A DNA stretch of 63,210 nt, counting the filler, from Craspedostauros australis (taxonomy: Eukaryota), in assembly GCA_030167865.1 (NCBI GenBank). It is 13 parts of 13 records of this genome, joined end to end, with 100 filler letters (N's around TTAATTAATTAA, not from the genome) between each part and the next. Parts side by side here need not be neighbours in the genome. Positions count along the whole stretch, not along the records: positions 59,036 to 60,910 come from JALAGF010005563.1; positions 61,011 to 63,210 come from JALAGF010005566.1; 11 more parts are not named here. One strand, given 5' to 3'. The position numbers and the translations under genes were made by a program. The notes beneath the pieces were generated by a model, which was not told the DNA's origin, searched no databases, and worked only from the letters and a program-made list of their open reading frames with translations. Below are positions 59,311-63,210 of this stretch, one piece after another. Position 1 is the stretch's first letter, and the number at the start of each line of letters is the position of its first letter.

Positions 59311-60910
59311 ATGAGCGAACAAGGAGAAGACACGAGCATCAGCAGCGAAGAACGCAGGCTGGAGGCCTTCGTGGAGCGGCTCAACCAACAAGCCGCCCAA
59401 GCCCTTCGAGACCTCAACGAGTCCCGAGTCTCACGAGGAGCTGCACCCATCCCTGCCCAGCAGAGAGGCCAAACGGCAGCTGGGCAAGGCGAGGAAGACC
59501 CAGCCCAAGGAAACGCTGGGGGCGTCAACAACCCACCAAACCTCGGTGAGACCGAGGGAACCGCTAGACGCGAAGGCAACGCCGACAACCAAACCGGATC
59601 CACCGGAGGTGGCTTTCCTTTTGAAGCCGACGAAGACCCCATCGGACCCGAAACCACGTACGTGGCGTACGAAAGCGAAGACAAGCCAGAGAAACCCATC
59701 ATGGGTGGTCTCACCAAGGCTGGTCGTCACTGGGTACCATGGACGGGAGGGAAACCGAACGTCGAATGGACGGGCCTTGCGGAAGACGCAGCCACGTCCT
59801 ACGACAGCTCCCAACAGCAGCGCGTCCTCCACAACGGCTCCGACTCCAAGAACCAACCGGAGCGAGAGAAGGGCATCCGCCCACGCTTCCGAATCGGAGA
59901 CAACCGCCAGCGCATGCTGCGCCTCCTCAAGGACCACATGTCCACAGCAGGTCTCATCTCGATGACCTACATGAGGAGCAACNNNNNNNNNNNNNNNNNN
60001 NNNNNNNNNNNNNNNNNNNNNNNNNNNNNNNNCGGCAGCCGGGCAAGGAGAGGGCGAAACCGCCCAAGACAACGATGGAGACGCCAACGACCAACCGAAC
60101 CCTGGTGAAACCGATGGAACCGCAAGACGCGGAGGGAACAAAGGCAACCCCACCGAATCCACCGGAGGTGACTTCCCTTTTGCCGCCGACGAGGACCCCA
60201 TCGGACCCGAAACCACGTACGTGGCGTACGAAAGCGAAGACAAGCCAGAGAAACCCATCATGGGTGGACTCACCAAGGCTGGTCGTCACTGGGTACCATG
60301 GACGGGAGGGAAACCGAACGTCGAATGGACGGGCCTTGCGGAAGACGCAGCCACNTCCTACGACAGCTCCCAACAGCAGCGCGTCCTCCACAACGGCTCG
60401 GACTCCAAGAACCAACCGGAGCGAGAGAAGGGCATTCGCCCACGCTTCCGAATCGGGGACAACCGCCAGCGCATGCTGCGCCTCCTCAAGGACCATATGT
60501 CCACTGCAGGTCTCATCTCGATGACCTACATGAGGAGCAACGAACACCCCGATGAGATGGTGTGTGTCCTCGACGCCCCTGGCAGCACCACCATCAGCCA
60601 AGCCACTGACCACCATGATCACTATCGCCACTTGTGGGATCGATACGACAAGCAGAACAACGCATCTGCCGCTCGATTCCTACGCGACAGCCTCGACCCC
60701 GACCTCGAAGACCGCCTGATGAACCGCATCAAACCGAAGTATCAACAAGACTTCAACGTGATCTTCACCGAACTCATCAAGAGTATCACCTCGAGCTCGC
60801 TGGACAAGTACGCACGACTTCAAGAAAAGGTCAGGAAGACCACGCCCCAGAAGTTCCAAGGAGAGAACATCCAAGCCATGGCTGACGCTCTTCGCATCAT
60901 GTGCAAGGAA
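59311..60910 (+). mobile_element. Copia-type Gag (two variant copies joined at an N50 gap)
   Basis: WVPWTGGKPNVEWTGL, LWDRYDKQNNASAARFLRDSLDPDL, PQKFQGENI. Second copy in the window at 47718-48216. Open frames. Confidence 0.75.
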
Positions 60911-61010
60911 NNNNNNNNNNNNNNNNNNNNNNNNNNNNNNNNNNNNNNNNNNNNTTAATTAATTAANNNNNNNNNNNNNNNNNNNNNNNNNNNNNNNNNN
61001 NNNNNNNNNN
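60911..61010. other. Artificial scaffold spacer
   Basis: N44-TTAATTAATTAA-N44. Confidence 0.97.
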
Positions 61011-63210
61011 TTGGTAACAATGGCATTCTGATGGACATCATCAACGGATCCGGAATGAAGATCGTATTCGACCGAGTCTTCCCCACATCCAACGAATTCA
61101 TCACGGGAGTGCAGATGCATCCCATCATGCCAACTGACGACGACAAGGCTTGCACAGCCATCGTCAAGAATCCATCCAAGGAGATCAGCGCGGTGAACCT
61201 GCACCGAATGCTTGGCCACGCGCCACTCGAGACCATGAAGCGGACGGCCGCTCAGTACGGATGGAAAACCATCGGCGAGATGCCAGTGTGTCGCGACTGC
61301 GCGGTCGCGAACGCAAGAGTGAAGAATATTCCGAAGGCAACCATTCCAAGAGCCACTCGCCGCGGCGAACGGTTCTTCATTGACATTAGTTACACTAAAC
61401 ACATAAGCTTCGGAGATAAACGCTACTGGACCCTGATCGTGGACGACTGCACCGATCACTGCTGGAGTTTCTTTCTCAAGAACAAGAGTGATCAACCAGG
61501 ATACATCAAACGATTCGTTCAAACAATCAAGTCACAGACTGGTGACCAACAGATCACCTTCCGAGGTGACAATAGCGGAGAGAACAAATCCACGCAGGAT
61601 ATTCTCATCGATGCAGGACTCAACGTGAAATTCGAATACACGGCATCGAACACACCGCAACAGAACGGCAGAGTGGAACGCAAGTTCGCGTACCTCTACA
61701 CCAAGATNNNNNNNNNNNNNNNNNNNNNNNNNNNNNNNNNNNNNNNNNNNCATGGCCTGTGGGCAGCAGCTGCTAGCACTGCCACCGCCATCGCCAATAT
61801 CACCGTAGCGAAGAACCAGAAGGAGTCACCACATCGACAATTCTTTGGCAACGATCCACCATATGCAGATGCACTCCGTACATTTGGAGAAGTGGGTGTT
61901 GTGAAGACTACCTACGGCGGGATCACCGCCAAACTCAAGAATAGAGGAGAAGAGATGGTGTTCATTGGATATGCACACCAACATGCATCAAGGGTCTACA
62001 ACATGTACAGACCATCGACCAAGTCACTCATCTGTTCACGGGACATCAAGTGGCTCAACCAATCATACGGACAGTNNNNNNNNNNNNNNNNNNNNNNNNN
62101 NNNNNNNNNNNNNNNNNNNNNNNNNTCACCGCCAAACTCAAGAATAGAGGAGAAGAGATGGTGTTCATCGGATATGCACACCAACATGCATCAGGGGTCT
62201 ACAACATGTGCAGACCATCCACCAAGTCACTCATCTGTTCACGGGACATCAAGTGGCTCAATCAATCATACGGACAGTTCCGTGGCTGGTCACCAGCACC
62301 GAACATATCCAACAAAACAGGAACATCGGACACAGACGGCTTCACAACTATCGGACGGAAGGGAGCAACGCCAAGGACGGCAACGCGTCAAACATCGGAA
62401 GCGAAGAGAGTATCTTTCGCTGACAGCAACAGGTACTACATCCTATCAGACAGCGATGATGAGGATAATGAGGACGACGGAGTAGTGACTCAACTAATCC
62501 AGAATGACGAGGAGGATCGGAGTGAATCCAATCATGATGATGACGAGATCCTACCTTCCGGCGACGAAGCCGACGATGACACAGGCGTCACCCCTCCGAA
62601 CACACCAGCAAGGTATACACATGACACACCATCCAGACCTCCACCAAGCAAACCAAGCAAGCGCGACATAGCTAGAAAGGAGAGGATCCGACGTCACGAA
62701 TCACGAGGCAGGAAGGGAGAAACTAATTCCAAGTCAACTGCAGGGAAAAGTATTCCCAGAGCTCTGCGTGAGCTCGCAGACTTCAACGAACAAGGTCGAA
62801 AGGAAGAAGGCTATGAGAGCGATCCATCATCCAATGAGGCGAGTGACGAACTCAGCGACGAGATGATCGATGATTCCAACAATGAAACTACAGATGATGA
62901 AGAAATCGAAGACGAAGATGATGAGATCGAGATCACTCACCATAGCACAACTGGATTATACGGGATGAATGCAATCATCACCGAGAGACCAGCGATCGAC
63001 ATCGGATTGTCGATGCAGGACGAGAACAAGGAACCAGAGAAGCACATCGAACCTACAACGTTCGACGGAGCCTTCAATCACCCAGATTCTATCCATCGGA
63101 AGGGATATCGAGCAGCCATCAAAAAAGAGTTCGACTCCATGGATACACGCAAGGTGTACAGCAAGATCAAACGAGACGCCATTCCACGCGGCCGCAGATG
63201 CTGCAAATGC
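61011..63210 (+). mobile_element. Ty1/Copia pol fragment: HHCC zinc finger, integrase core, linker, start of RT
   Basis: LHRMLGH...CRDC, RFFIDIS, IVDDCTDHCWSFFLKNKSD, FRGDNSGEN, PQQNGRVER, EPTTFDGAFNHP...AIKKEFDSM. The apparent frameshift is due to the duplication at the N50 gap 62076-62125. Confidence 0.93.

Noticed and set aside
2419..61010. TTAATTAATTAA recurring 12 times as a possible biological repeat or array
   Set aside because: Always embedded in exactly 44+44 N; it is a six-frame-stop concatenation spacer. Adjacency across spacers has no biological meaning.

Overview
This is eukaryotic nuclear DNA, most likely from a diatom (inferred from CoDi-type Copia Gag/Pol motifs, an Ambal-like LINE with RNase H, GT-AG introns and diatom-type secreted and TPR-like proteins). 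The window is not one locus. It is 13 scaffolds joined by 12 identical artificial 100-bp spacers (N44-TTAATTAATTAA-N44), and many internal 50-N gaps are flanked by duplicated sequence (assembly artefacts). Most of the sequence is transposon-derived: one full-length but decayed Ty1/Copia element (22944-28785, 162/163-bp LTRs, GCAGG target-site duplication), fragments of several other Copia families, a solo LTR with a 6-bp TSD, an RT+RNase H LINE, a plant-mariner-like (DEKWF) transposase, an intron-containing Harbinger-type transposase and ends of an unclassified TA-flanked repeat. Three probable host genes are present: a TPR-like protein, a ~2380-aa two-exon Tudor-like/helical/TFIIS-M/SPOC protein and a secreted Cys-rich repeat protein. 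The most interesting signal is that three different Copia elements lack a tRNA-type primer-binding site; instead, the bases just after the 5' LTR are complementary to a segment inside their own LTR, suggesting Tf1-like self-priming. Two Copia pol regions also carry a chromo-like module between integrase and RT.
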